A stretch of 64,000 nucleotides of DNA, taken from NCBI GenBank assembly GCA_963736285.1, contig CAVTOA010000003.1, forward strand, positions 80,220 through 144,219, read 5' to 3'. The DNA comes from an uncultured Acidimicrobiales bacterium (GTDB lineage: Bacteria > Actinomycetota > Actinomycetes > Mycobacteriales > QHCE01). Of the stretch, positions 41,182-52,370 are shown one piece after another (the stretch's first letter is position 1; the number at the start of each line of letters is the position of its first letter). The position numbers and the translations under genes were made by a program. Under the pieces are notes generated by a model. It saw nothing but the letters and a program-made list of their open reading frames with translations. It ran no database searches and was not told the DNA's origin.

Positions 41182-43041
41182 ATGGCATGGTGGGATATGA
41201 CCGCGCTTGGGCTCGCGGCGGGGCGAGCCACGGGCGCGCACAATGAACCCGACCCATCAAGACTGGAAGGCTTGGCCTCGATGACCCCCACGAGTTCGCC
41301 TCCTCCCCGCCGCACGCCGGCAGACGATGCCACCGCCCCGTTGCACCAAGCTTCTGCCATCCCAGGCTTGGAGGGTTACGACAATCTCGAACTGATTGCT
41401 CATGGAAGCACCGCAATAGTCTTTCGGGCCGACCAAATACGGCTCAAACGCAAAGTGGCCATCAAAGTCCTTCTCGTCGACAATGTGATGACCACCGATG
41501 CCACCGTCCAGCGAGAGCTTGACACCTTGGTGCGGCTGTCCAGCTCGCCGCACATCGTCAGCATCATTGACACTGGCATCACCGATGCCGGCCAGCCCTA
41601 CATCGTGATGGAGTACTGCGAAGGCGGCTCCTACGCACAGATCTTGAAGGAAGCCGGCCCCCTTCCTGTCAAAGACGTGCTCGAAGTCGGCATCAAAATC
41701 GGCGAGGCGCTGCACGCGGCACATGAGGTCGGCATCATTCACCGCGATGTCAAGCCGCCCAACATTTTGCGGTCACGTTTTGGCCCAGCCCTGACCGACT
41801 TCGGGATCGCGTATGCGACCGACGACACAGCCAACACCGAAACGCTACAAAAGCTCACCCCACACCACGCCTCCCCTGAGACGCTTTCACAAGATCACCA
41901 AACTGGACAGTCCGATCTCTACAGTCTTGCTTCCACCATGTGGAATCTGCTTGTGGGACGGCCCCCTTTTGACAATCCGGGGCAAGATCCGGCCGAATTT
42001 CGCCAACGAGTCATCGAGACACCGGTTCCGCGAATTCCCCGAGAAGACACACCCGATTGGCTACAGACCGAGATTGAGCGCGCGATGGCCAAACGCGTCG
42101 ACGATCGTCACCCCACCGCGCTCGCCTTCACCGAAACCCTTCGAATGCACATCGCGCGGACCTCCGTCCACAGCCCATGGGCTGGCCCATACGCCGGAAC
42201 GCCAGATGCTCTCACCGTCTACTACGCACCTATGCGCACCGAACATGTGGGGCAACCTCCGCTGGGAAACCCTCATTCGGCGCCCCCAAACAACAACGAT
42301 CTGCCCGCGCGGCTCAGTAACCCGCCCGCAATGTCGGCACCACCAGCGCCATCCGCTCCGCCCACAGCGCCACCCGGCTACCCATTTGCCGCCGGACCAG
42401 TCTCAGTGCCGCCCATGATGTCGCCCGCAGCTGGGCAACCCGAATATCAGAACTACCCCCACAGCGCGCCACCCGCCGACATACACGCGCCCTTACCGTC
42501 GTTGTATCCCACGCCGACCACCGATGACACCCGACAGAAACCTCCAGACCATGACAACGACAATGAAGACGACGACGAATATCCCCCGCTATCGTGGCGT
42601 CGCCTGCTGCTGACCGCCTCCGTTGTCGGCGTCATTTTGGGATTGTTGACCGTCATCGGGTTTCTTATTGTGAAAAATCATCACGCCGTCCAAGAACGGT
42701 CGCGGGGAACAATAAAAACTCCCAACCCCATCGCTTCCGCGTCGCTAGTAAACGAAGGCGCACCGCACGATGTGCACCTCAAAGATGACGGCGCCTCCAT
42801 TACCTTAACGTGGCAAGACACCACCAACGGCAAAGCACCATTCCTCATCTTGGGCGCCCAGTCCGGCCAGAAGACGCGCGCCTACGGGAACGCCACTAAA
42901 GGCAACACCAGCTTCAACGTCTCGGGACTCAACGCGCGGACCGATTACTGCTTCAAAGTAGTCACAGTGCTGTCCAATGAGGAGCTTGCGCCCTCCGACC
43001 CCGTCTGCACATCTCGCCTGGGGGGTACCACCGCCGAATGA
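41182..43041 (+). CDS. Hanks-type Ser/Thr protein kinase with TM helix and C-terminal fibronectin-III-like domain
   Basis: VAIK, HRDVKPPN, DFG, SPE, SDLYSL; Pro-rich linker; TM; 'LTW...GLNARTDYCF'. Start may be about 41281. Confidence 0.92.
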   Translation: MAWWDMTALGLAAGRATGAHNEPDPSRLEGLASMTPTSSPPPRRTPADDATAPLHQASAIPGLEGYDNLELIAHGSTAIVFRADQIRLKRKVAIKVLLVDNVMTTDATVQRELDTLVRLSSSPHIVSIIDTGITDAGQPYIVMEYCEGGSYAQILKEAGPLPVKDVLEVGIKIGEALHAAHEVGIIHRDVKPPNILRSRFGPALTDFGIAYATDDTANTETLQKLTPHHASPETLSQDHQTGQSDLYSLASTMWNLLVGRPPFDNPGQDPAEFRQRVIETPVPRIPREDTPDWLQTEIERAMAKRVDDRHPTALAFTETLRMHIARTSVHSPWAGPYAGTPDALTVYYAPMRTEHVGQPPLGNPHSAPPNNNDLPARLSNPPAMSAPPAPSAPPTAPPGYPFAAGPVSVPPMMSPAAGQPEYQNYPHSAPPADIHAPLPSLYPTPTTDDTRQKPPDHDNDNEDDDEYPPLSWRRLLLTASVVGVILGLLTVIGFLIVKNHHAVQERSRGTIKTPNPIASASLVNEGAPHDVHLKDDGASITLTWQDTTNGKAPFLILGAQSGQKTRAYGNATKGNTSFNVSGLNARTDYCFKVVTVLSNEELAPSDPVCTSRLGGTTAE

Positions 43042-45275
43042 GGACGTGCTCGTGCCCAGATAAGCGGTTGCGGTGTGAGTGACCACCACCATCGACGCCA
43101 CCACGACCGGCGACGACGCAACTGGCGACGGTATTCATCAGCCGTGTACACAGCCGACGTCACATCGTTCGTGGAGACGAGCCCCAGAGCGAACGCGGCC
43201 GCATTGACGGCATCCGCCACCGAAATAACTGACACAAGTGGTGGCTGTTTGTGGTAGCCAGCGACAGGAACGGCGGCAGCGGCGGCAACATCGCTAGCCG
43301 TGGCCGCAGCGCCCGGCCAACGTCCAGCAAGGCGCAGCGCGTCGACGATTTCGTGCCAGGCACCCGTGATCCGATGGCTTTCCGAGCCTCGGCGCAGTCT
43401 GCGTCGGCGAAGACTGCGCCTCGCAATAAATACAGCGATTAACGCGACTACTACAACCCCCCCAGCCGCTACACCCACGGCCGCGGCGAGAGTACCTAGG
43501 TGGCCAACAATCCAGTATGGATCGTGGGCCACTGCGCTCGCGTGGCTGTCGCGCGAAGGCTGAGTGCCAGGTTTTTTAAGCTGTTGAAGCTGCCGCTGCT
43601 TTTCTTGCAGCCGTTGTTTTGCTTGCGCGGTCTGCTCATCGGCGGGCAAAGTCGCGTCCTTGCCCTGCGCTGGCGTCGGATCGAACGCCACCCAACCGGG
43701 TCCGTCAAAATACACTTCCGGCCACGCAAAGGCGTCCCCGCTTTTGACGAGGTACCGCCCGTTGTCTTGTTTGGACCCCGCGTGGAAGCCAACCACGATC
43801 CGAGTGGGCAATCCCACTATCCGCGCGAGCAGCGCAAAAGCCGTGGCGAATTGTTCGGAGGTGCCACGGTGACCGCCCGCCTTTGGGTCCGTTGTCAAGA
43901 AAAACCGCAGATTAGCGAGGCCATGGCCCGAGGGAGCCTTCACCGAGAAGGTGTGATTGTCGTGGATGTACCGCTCCAACAGCAGCGCCTGCTGGTATGG
44001 CGTATTGGCCTTCTGGACGGTGGTGTAGGCGAGCCGCTCCACCTCCTTGGGCACAGGAGACGGTCGTTTTGCGTACTGACGAATCACTGGGCTACGCGAT
44101 AATCTCGCGTCGTCGAGTGCGGCAGCATTTTGCTGAGGAACACGTGAGCGCACGTCGTACCGAAGGCCAGTTTTCGTCCCTTGTGGATATAGCAGCGTTC
44201 CCGTGGCCGGGTTGTACGACACCCTGGCCTGAGTGACTTGGCGAGCCTGATCGATCGCCGGAAGCCACACGCCGTTAAGACCGACCATCGTGTATTCCTG
44301 GTCGATGGCGGAACTGGGGCCTGGCACATTGCGGACCGGAAGAACAGAGCCAGACGAGTGATACTCACCACCTGGTGTCCACATAAGACCGTCATAGTCG
44401 GTGAGAACCACCCAACTTATCCGGCTGGGATGGTCGGTCTTCACGGTGAATAACGGCTGCTGCGGGCTCCGCGCCCACGCGGAAAGCCGAGCGAGCGGAT
44501 TGGACTCCGGAAGTTGCTGTTGGGGTGCGGAGACATGTGAACGCGGATCTGCCGGACGCTGCGTGGACAACTCGGCCACCGCGGGCCCCACTGCCACGGT
44601 CGCGATGATGATCAGCACTAGCCCCGCGGCACCGAAGACCAGCCGTCTGATCCGGTACCAGCGCCGTGCTTGTGCAGGTAAACGCTCCAGCCCGCGAGCG
44701 CGGGGTGAGCGCGTCCCGGCGGCGATGCCCACTATGCCCACCACGACATAGACGATGGCCCACCTCACCTCCGCTTGCGCGTTTGGGCCGGCAAAGAGCA
44801 GCGCAAGGACATAGACGCACGTGGGCGGAGCGAAAGCAGCCAACAGCGCGCCCGATCGGAGGGCTAGTTCGACCCCGCCGAGTGTGGCAACCCAGACGAG
44901 GAAAATCGGTAAGACCACTGTGTCGGGAACGGCATCGATAGGAATAGTGCTGGCCAGCATGCGTGCCCCAGCGTTACCCAGCGCATCGGTGAGTAGCGCG
45001 GGCGCCGAGCCCGCGCCTGGGGGCCGTGTCATCGCCACAGCGAAGAAGAGATATCCGGCCAGGAAGACCATGGATGTCAGGAGTGCGGCCGACAACGCAG
45101 CTCGGCGTGTGCGCAGCACAAGGCTAAGCATCAGGGCAACACCGACCGCCCCCAGCATCAGCTCGAGCAGTCGCGCTGACGAATACAGCCTGGTGAACGC
45201 GATACTGGCGATCGCGGACAGCGCTGCCACGGTGCACGCCGGTATCAAAGCACGCATGGTTATTGGCTTGCGCAT
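42945..45275 (-). CDS. Membrane protein with a transglutaminase-like domain (TgpA/DUF3488-like)
   Basis: N-terminal TM bundle; GTSEQFATAFALLAR..GLPTRIVVGF, AWPEVYF, FDPTP. Confidence 0.85.
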   Translation of the reverse strand: MRKPITMRALIPACTVAALSAIASIAFTRLYSSARLLELMLGAVGVALMLSLVLRTRRAALSAALLTSMVFLAGYLFFAVAMTRPPGAGSAPALLTDALGNAGARMLASTIPIDAVPDTVVLPIFLVWVATLGGVELALRSGALLAAFAPPTCVYVLALLFAGPNAQAEVRWAIVYVVVGIVGIAAGTRSPRARGLERLPAQARRWYRIRRLVFGAAGLVLIIIATVAVGPAVAELSTQRPADPRSHVSAPQQQLPESNPLARLSAWARSPQQPLFTVKTDHPSRISWVVLTDYDGLMWTPGGEYHSSGSVLPVRNVPGPSSAIDQEYTMVGLNGVWLPAIDQARQVTQARVSYNPATGTLLYPQGTKTGLRYDVRSRVPQQNAAALDDARLSRSPVIRQYAKRPSPVPKEVERLAYTTVQKANTPYQQALLLERYIHDNHTFSVKAPSGHGLANLRFFLTTDPKAGGHRGTSEQFATAFALLARIVGLPTRIVVGFHAGSKQDNGRYLVKSGDAFAWPEVYFDGPGWVAFDPTPAQGKDATLPADEQTAQAKQRLQEKQRQLQQLKKPGTQPSRDSHASAVAHDPYWIVGHLGTLAAAVGVAAGGVVVVALIAVFIARRSLRRRRLRRGSESHRITGAWHEIVDALRLAGRWPGAAATASDVAAAAAVPVAGYHKQPPLVSVISVADAVNAAAFALGLVSTNDVTSAVYTADEYRRQLRRRRSWWRRWWWSLTPQPLIWARARPHSAVVPPRRDVQTGSEGASSSLDSTVTTLKQ

Positions 45276-45279
45276 AGCG

Positions 45280-46434
45280 TCACCACCCAGCCACTCCATC
45301 CCACGCCGTCGCAAGCTCGGCTGAGGTTGCCGAACCGATGATCAGCATGCCGGAATCGCTGCTCATGCCGACATCCCGCTGACCCATGATGGCGACCACA
45401 ATGGACGGATACATAGAACGAAGCCGCGCCACGCTCTTGGTGTCCGCTTCGCCGGCTGCCCCCGTCAAAACGACGAGCGTGTCGCCGATGCGCCGATGGT
45501 GCAGCCGATCCACCGCCTCTTCGAATGAGCCGTTCTTGGGTGACACCTCGGCAAGAGCGTCGAGGAAAGGCTGCGGGCTTCTCCCCGCTTGCGAACTCAC
45601 CGCCACGCCCCCGCTTACCAAATGCAGCGTGACAGATAAACCATCGCGCAGAGCCGCCAGCAACACCGACGCCGCGACCTCAACAACGTCTTCAAAAACT
45701 CTGCCGCCCTCATCAAGGGGATCGATGCGGTCGTCAAGCAATACCAGTACGCGTGGCTGGCTCGTGTCGACGTGTTCGCGCACCATGAGCTCGCCGACCC
45801 GCGCAGACGTACGCCAGTGCACATGGCGCAGGTCGTCTCCGGCCACGTATTCGCGAAGCGCGTGGAAGGTGATGCTGCCATGTTCGATCTTGTCGACGAG
45901 ACCATCGAGGCTGCGCGCGGCTCCAGCGGGCACTGATCGCAAGGTGCGAGCCTTCGGATGCACCCATATTCGCCGAGTCTCTCCAAAGTCGCGTCGTGTC
46001 CGCACCAGGTCGAGTGGGTCTCGACGCTCGATGCGGACCGGCCCCACGTCGATGACGCCTCGCCGCTCTGTCGGCAACATATAGGCGACGGCGACATCCT
46101 TGCCGGCCGATAGCCGCAACGCGGGAATGGGCACCTCGACTCCACCCGCGTGATCAAAGGCAATGACGTCCATGCCGCGCCAGCGAGCTCTATTGTGGAC
46201 CGTCACAATTCCACGGCATTCTCCCCCGCGCACCACCCGATCTGGGGTCACCACTCGGGTAACGTGTAACGCCCATCGCCGCCAAACCCAACCAAACGCG
46301 ACCACAACGCAAACAACTGCGGCGCATCCCAATACCGTCAGTTCGGGATAGCCAAAAACGAGCCCAGCAGAAAGAAGCGCGCCGCCCGCAAGCAGCAGAC
46401 CTACACCACGGGAAGTAACTCGCATCGCGGGCAC
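45280..46434 (-). CDS. DUF58 domain protein
   Basis: LREYVAGDDLRHVHWRTSAR...LMVRE. Confidence 0.9.
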   Translation of the reverse strand: MPAMRVTSRGVGLLLAGGALLSAGLVFGYPELTVLGCAAVVCVVVAFGWVWRRWALHVTRVVTPDRVVRGGECRGIVTVHNRARWRGMDVIAFDHAGGVEVPIPALRLSAGKDVAVAYMLPTERRGVIDVGPVRIERRDPLDLVRTRRDFGETRRIWVHPKARTLRSVPAGAARSLDGLVDKIEHGSITFHALREYVAGDDLRHVHWRTSARVGELMVREHVDTSQPRVLVLLDDRIDPLDEGGRVFEDVVEVAASVLLAALRDGLSVTLHLVSGGVAVSSQAGRSPQPFLDALAEVSPKNGSFEEAVDRLHHRRIGDTLVVLTGAAGEADTKSVARLRSMYPSIVVAIMGQRDVGMSSDSGMLIIGSATSAELATAWDGVAGW

Positions 46435-46437
46435 GCC

Positions 46438-47445
46438 TTAGACGGGCACAGCCGTGCGCTCGGGCTGCGGCGCTGGCACCGCCTCGATCGCGCTGGCGAG
46501 CACCGCATCGGTGGTCGCGCCCCCCATGTGCGCATCTGGTGTGAGCACCAGCCGGTGGGCAAAGACCGAACCGATGAGAGCTTTGAAGTCTTCCGGAATG
46601 ACGTATCCACGGCGCTGCGTCAGCGCGAATACTTGGGCCGCACGTACCAACGCGATAGCTCCACGTGGGCTGACACCAACCCGCACCTCCGGCAGCTGCC
46701 GGGTAGCCGAAGCGAGCTGAACGCCATAGCGATAGAGCGGTTCGGCCACATACACACGTTGGGCGAGCTCGATGAGCTCGGCGACAGCTCCCGTGGTGGT
46801 GACTGGCTCTAGCTCGGTGACTGAGCGCCCCGACACTGCCTGGTGCAACACGTCGACTTCAATGTCTTCGCTCGGATAACCCACGCTGACGCGCATCAGG
46901 AACCGGTCGAGTTGCGCCTCGGGCAACCGATAGGTGCCGTCCATTTCGATCGGATTTTGGGTCGCCACCACCATGAAGGGCCGTGGAACGGGCCTGCCTA
47001 CCCCGTCGATCGTGACGTGTCGTTCTTCCATGACCTCGAGCAATGCGGATTGGGTCTTGGGCGAGGCCCGGTTGATTTCGTCAGCAATGACCACATTGGA
47101 GAAGACCGGCCCGGAGTGGAACTCAAACTCGCGGACCGCTTGGTTGAAAATCGTGACGCCAGTGACATCGGAAGGCAGCAGGTCGGGGGTGAATTGAATC
47201 CGCCGCCACTCCCCCTCAACTGACGCGGCGATTGCCCGCGCGATGGTGGTTTTGCCCACCCCGGGCACATCCTCGATGAGCAGGTGACCCTCGGCAAACA
47301 GCGCCGTCAGCGCAAGCCGCACCACCTCGGGCTTGCCCAATAACACCGACGCCACATTGCCACTGACCGCAGCGAATACGTTGGCAAAGGCATCGAGTTC
47401 TTCGGTATTGAGCGCGGCAGCGCGCTCAGCGTGGCTTCCAGTCAT
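46438..47445 (-). CDS. MoxR-family AAA+ ATPase
   Basis: EDVPGVGKT, RIQFTPDLLPSD, DEINRA, ATQNP, LPEAQLDRF; start MTGSHAE. Confidence 0.95.
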   Translation of the reverse strand: MTGSHAERAAALNTEELDAFANVFAAVSGNVASVLLGKPEVVRLALTALFAEGHLLIEDVPGVGKTTIARAIAASVEGEWRRIQFTPDLLPSDVTGVTIFNQAVREFEFHSGPVFSNVVIADEINRASPKTQSALLEVMEERHVTIDGVGRPVPRPFMVVATQNPIEMDGTYRLPEAQLDRFLMRVSVGYPSEDIEVDVLHQAVSGRSVTELEPVTTTGAVAELIELAQRVYVAEPLYRYGVQLASATRQLPEVRVGVSPRGAIALVRAAQVFALTQRRGYVIPEDFKALIGSVFAHRLVLTPDAHMGGATTDAVLASAIEAVPAPQPERTAVPV

Positions 47446-47611
47446 GGGGGCTCTCCATGTGTAGCGCGAACGCCGGCAAACGATCGACAGAGCGCAGCGC
47501 AAGAACTCACGCCACGATGAATACCGGTTGCCCGCGATCGTATGCGCCCTGTGGTGTGCACCACTACTTGGCTCACCCGATTGTGGATAACTACGGAGCG
47601 AATGCCCCCAC

Positions 47612-48526
47612 TTAGAAGCCGAGCTTGCGGAGTTGGCGCGGGTCCCGCTGCCAGTCTTTAGCGATCTTGACGTGAAGATCAAGATAGACCTTGCTTCCGA
47701 GCAACGCTTCGATGTGGCGGCGGGCGGTGCTCCCTACGTCCTTAATGCGCGAGCCTTTTGCACCGACGACAATCGCTTTCTGACTTTGCCGCTCCACATA
47801 GATGTTGACGTGGATGTCGATGAGGTCGTCGCGGTTTTCTCGCGGAATCATTTCTTCGACGACTACGGCCAGCGAATGCGGCAATTCGTCGTGCACGCCT
47901 TCGAGCGCCGCTTCGCGCACCAACTCGGCGACCATGGTCTGTTCGGGTTCGTCGGTCAGATCCCCATCTGGATAAAGAGGTGGCGAGTCGGGAAGATATT
48001 TTGTGAGCACATCAGCGAGCACCTCAACCTGCTCGCCGCTTACGGCGCTGACAGGAACTATCTCCGAGAAATCTGCCAACTTTTCGACAGCTAATAACTG
48101 CTCGGCAACTTGTGTTTTGTCCGCTAAATCAGTTTTGGTGACGATGGCAATTTTGTGGGTGCGCTTTGCCTCAGCGATCTCATTGGCGATAAAGCGGTCA
48201 CCGGGGCCGACCTGTTCATTGGCGGGAATACACAGGCCAATGACATCAACCTCAGCCCAGGTTGCGCGCACCAGTTGGTTTAGTCGCTCGCCCAGCAGGG
48301 TTCGAGGCTTATGTAACCCAGGTGTGTCCACCAGTACCAACTGTGAATCGGGTCGATGCACAATTCCGCGAATGGTGTGACGGGTAGTTTGCGGCCGATT
48401 ACTGGTAATGGCGACTTTCGTGCCCACGAGCGCATTGGTCAACGTCGACTTTCCGGCATTCGGGCGCCCCACAAAACAGGCAAAGCCGGCACGGAAGTTT
48501 TCTGCGGAATCTGTCACGGAGACCAT
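47612..48526 (-). CDS. era: GTPase Era
   Basis: GRPNAGKS, PQTTR, DTPG, TKTD, C-terminal KH domain. Confidence 0.97.
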   Translation of the reverse strand: MVSVTDSAENFRAGFACFVGRPNAGKSTLTNALVGTKVAITSNRPQTTRHTIRGIVHRPDSQLVLVDTPGLHKPRTLLGERLNQLVRATWAEVDVIGLCIPANEQVGPGDRFIANEIAEAKRTHKIAIVTKTDLADKTQVAEQLLAVEKLADFSEIVPVSAVSGEQVEVLADVLTKYLPDSPPLYPDGDLTDEPEQTMVAELVREAALEGVHDELPHSLAVVVEEMIPRENRDDLIDIHVNIYVERQSQKAIVVGAKGSRIKDVGSTARRHIEALLGSKVYLDLHVKIAKDWQRDPRQLRKLGF

Positions 48527-48595
48527 TGTGACGCACGGCCTGTGCGCGCCTACTTCTCGACCTGTGTCAAGATTCGCGGTTATGTCGAGGGGCGC

Positions 48596-49084
48596 ATGAA
48601 CACGTCAGATTCAACTCCTACGCCTCCCTACAGCGCTGACAAGGCTGGCACACGTGCCAACACCGAGAAAAGCATGCCGCTCGAGGCGGATCTCCGACGG
48701 GCGGGAATGCGGGTGACCCGGCCCCGACTCGCAGTGCTCGGAGCCTTGCGCGAAAACCCACATGCCGAGGTTGAGGTGATCACCACGGCCGCACGAGCTG
48801 AGCTCGGATCCCTTTCTACACAAGCTGTCTACGACATTTTGCATGCGTTGACTGGGGCTCACTTAGCGCGCCGAATTGAACCAGCCGGCCATCCCGCCCG
48901 CTACGAGACTCGGGTCGGCGACAACCACCATCATGTGGTGTGTCGACGATGTGGCGCGATGGCCGATGTGGATTGTGCGGCCGAATATCGCCCCTGTCTT
49001 ACTGCCCGTGACACTCATGGATTTTCTATCGATGAAGCTGAGGTCATTTATTGGGGTATATGCGCCCGGTGTCGCACAAAGTAA
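48596..49084 (+). CDS. Fur-family regulator (FurA/CatR-like)
   Basis: RVTRPR, STQAVYD, RVGDNHHHVVCRRC, WGICARC; start 48596 or 48674. Confidence 0.9.
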   Translation: MNTSDSTPTPPYSADKAGTRANTEKSMPLEADLRRAGMRVTRPRLAVLGALRENPHAEVEVITTAARAELGSLSTQAVYDILHALTGAHLARRIEPAGHPARYETRVGDNHHHVVCRRCGAMADVDCAAEYRPCLTARDTHGFSIDEAEVIYWGICARCRTK

Positions 49085-49167
49085 CCCGATTAAGCGATAC
49101 ACATAAGAAGGTACTCGCGCAAAAATGTCGCACATGATGCAAATAAATCCCGCGCGATGCTTCTTAA

Positions 49168-50508
<1,341 letters not shown>

Positions 50509-50554
50509 TTGGGGCTAGCGCCATTACCTCACGGACGGCCTGCCATAGCCGTAT

Positions 50555-51841
50555 CTACATCTGTCGAGCAAGTACGGTGTCGATGCGGTTACGGCGGCCT
50601 CCAGCGGACTCAGCGGTCAGGGTAAGCCCGTTGACCGCCACTGTCGTTCCCGGGATGGGCACCTTGCCCAGCGCTTGAGCCATCAGCCCGCCGACGGTTT
50701 CCACGTCCTCGGCGGGAACGTCCACATGGAACAGTTCAGCGAGGTCCGCCACAGAGAGGCGTGCGGTCACACGATAAGCGGTCGAGTCGTCATCGGTAGA
50801 GACCGGTTCGATGGGCGGCCGCTCATGGTCGTATTCGTCGGTGATCTCACCCACGATCTCCTCGACCAAATCTTCAATGGTGACCAGACCCGCGGTGCCG
50901 CCATACTCATCCACCACAACGGCGATGTGGATTCGACGGGCCTGCATCTCGCGCAGCAGCTCATCCACTGGCTTGAACTCAGGGACAAATTCGGCTTCCC
51001 GCATTACGTGATCGACTCGCTGTTTGCCAGCGGCGGCGGTCAGCGCACGATCGTATTGTCCTGAATAGACGGTCTTCACAAGATCTTTGAGATAAATAAC
51101 CCCACGCACATCGTCGACGCTCTCGCCAATGACCGGAATTCGTGAAAAACCGCTGCGCAACGCCAGAGCAAGCGCCTGTCTCACGCTCTTGTCGCGCTCG
51201 ATCCACACCACGTCGGTACGCGGAACCATGACTTCGCGCACCATGGTGTCGCCCAACTCAAACACCGAATGAATCATGTCACGTTCTTCATGCTCGACAT
51301 CACCGCGTTGCTCCGCCAAGTCAAGAAGATCTCGCAACTCAACCTCGGTGGCGAAGGGGCCCTCGCGATAGCCACGCCCGGGCGTCACAGCATTCCCGAT
51401 AATGGTCAGCAACCGCGCCAGCGGCCCCAATACCCGTCCCAGCGACCGGGTAGGACCAGCCATCGCGAGCGCCACCCCATACGGATGCTGTTGGCCCACG
51501 GTCCGTGGGCCAACACCAATCACCACAAAGCTGACGATCGTCATCCCGCCGGCGGCCGCCAGCGCCGCAAGCACCCCCAACCCCCAGCGATCCACTGCCA
51601 CAAACGTGACCAGAACAGTGGCGGTTAGCTCGCAGGCGATACGCAGCAAGAGCAACAAGCTCACATGGTGCGGAAGCGACCGGGCAACCGCCACGAGCGC
51701 TTTAGCCCCGCGCTTGTGTTCACGGACCAGCTCAGCCGCGCGGGTGGGCGAGATGCGCGTCAACGCCGCATCGGTCATCGCGAAGACGCCGGCGAGCAGC
51801 ACCAAGATAACCGCGCCAAAGACGATTGAAAGGGCGCTCAT
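50555..51841 (-). CDS. HlyC/CorC (CNNM-CBS) family protein
   Basis: TM region, VREVMVPR, SRIPV, VDEYGGTAGLVTIED, CorC-like tail. Confidence 0.92.
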   Translation of the reverse strand: MSALSIVFGAVILVLLAGVFAMTDAALTRISPTRAAELVREHKRGAKALVAVARSLPHHVSLLLLLRIACELTATVLVTFVAVDRWGLGVLAALAAAGGMTIVSFVVIGVGPRTVGQQHPYGVALAMAGPTRSLGRVLGPLARLLTIIGNAVTPGRGYREGPFATEVELRDLLDLAEQRGDVEHEERDMIHSVFELGDTMVREVMVPRTDVVWIERDKSVRQALALALRSGFSRIPVIGESVDDVRGVIYLKDLVKTVYSGQYDRALTAAAGKQRVDHVMREAEFVPEFKPVDELLREMQARRIHIAVVVDEYGGTAGLVTIEDLVEEIVGEITDEYDHERPPIEPVSTDDDSTAYRVTARLSVADLAELFHVDVPAEDVETVGGLMAQALGKVPIPGTTVAVNGLTLTAESAGGRRNRIDTVLARQM

Positions 51842-51851
51842 TGTCGGGCTA

Positions 51852-52358
51852 CTAACTCAGCCGGGGTACTGGCGGCACAAAGCCCGTGTCGCCAATGCCC
51901 TGAGCATCTCTCCACGCCAACACCAGCCGACCTTGCAAGCCAAACATCTCGCGCTCCGACTGAGGATCGCCATGGTCGTAACCCAGCAAATGCAAAATCC
52001 CATGCACTGTCAGCAGAAACAGCTCGTCGTCCCGCCGGTGGCCTGCTGTCTTCGCCTGTTTCTCGGCGACAGTCGGACACAGCACAATGTCGCCCAATAG
52101 CGCTGGTTCGTCGTCATCGGAATGACCCGGGCCGTGGTCGACCTCGTAGTCGTCCATGGGGAAGGCCAACACGTCGGTCGGGCCGTCCTTTTCCATCCAG
52201 TGCTTGTTGAGCTGGGCAATGGCCTCCGGCTCGACCAACAGCATTGACAGCTCGGCCATGGGGTTGACGCCCATCTCTTCGAGGGTGTGCCGCGCCAGAG
52301 ATAACAGCGCGGCCTCGTCAACCTCCAGATTGGACTCGTTGGCGATCTCTATAGCCAT
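51852..52358 (-). CDS. ybeY: Endoribonuclease YbeY
   Basis: [19 protein letters not shown]. Confidence 0.96.
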   Translation of the reverse strand: MAIEIANESNLEVDEAALLSLARHTLEEMGVNPMAELSMLLVEPEAIAQLNKHWMEKDGPTDVLAFPMDDYEVDHGPGHSDDDEPALLGDIVLCPTVAEKQAKTAGHRRDDELFLLTVHGILHLLGYDHGDPQSEREMFGLQGRLVLAWRDAQGIGDTGFVPPVPRLS

Positions 52359-52370
52359 GTGTTCACAGTC

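Noticed and set aside
47446-47611. N-terminal extension of MoxR or remnant of another gene
   Set aside because: The extension overlaps era and shows no convincing motif.
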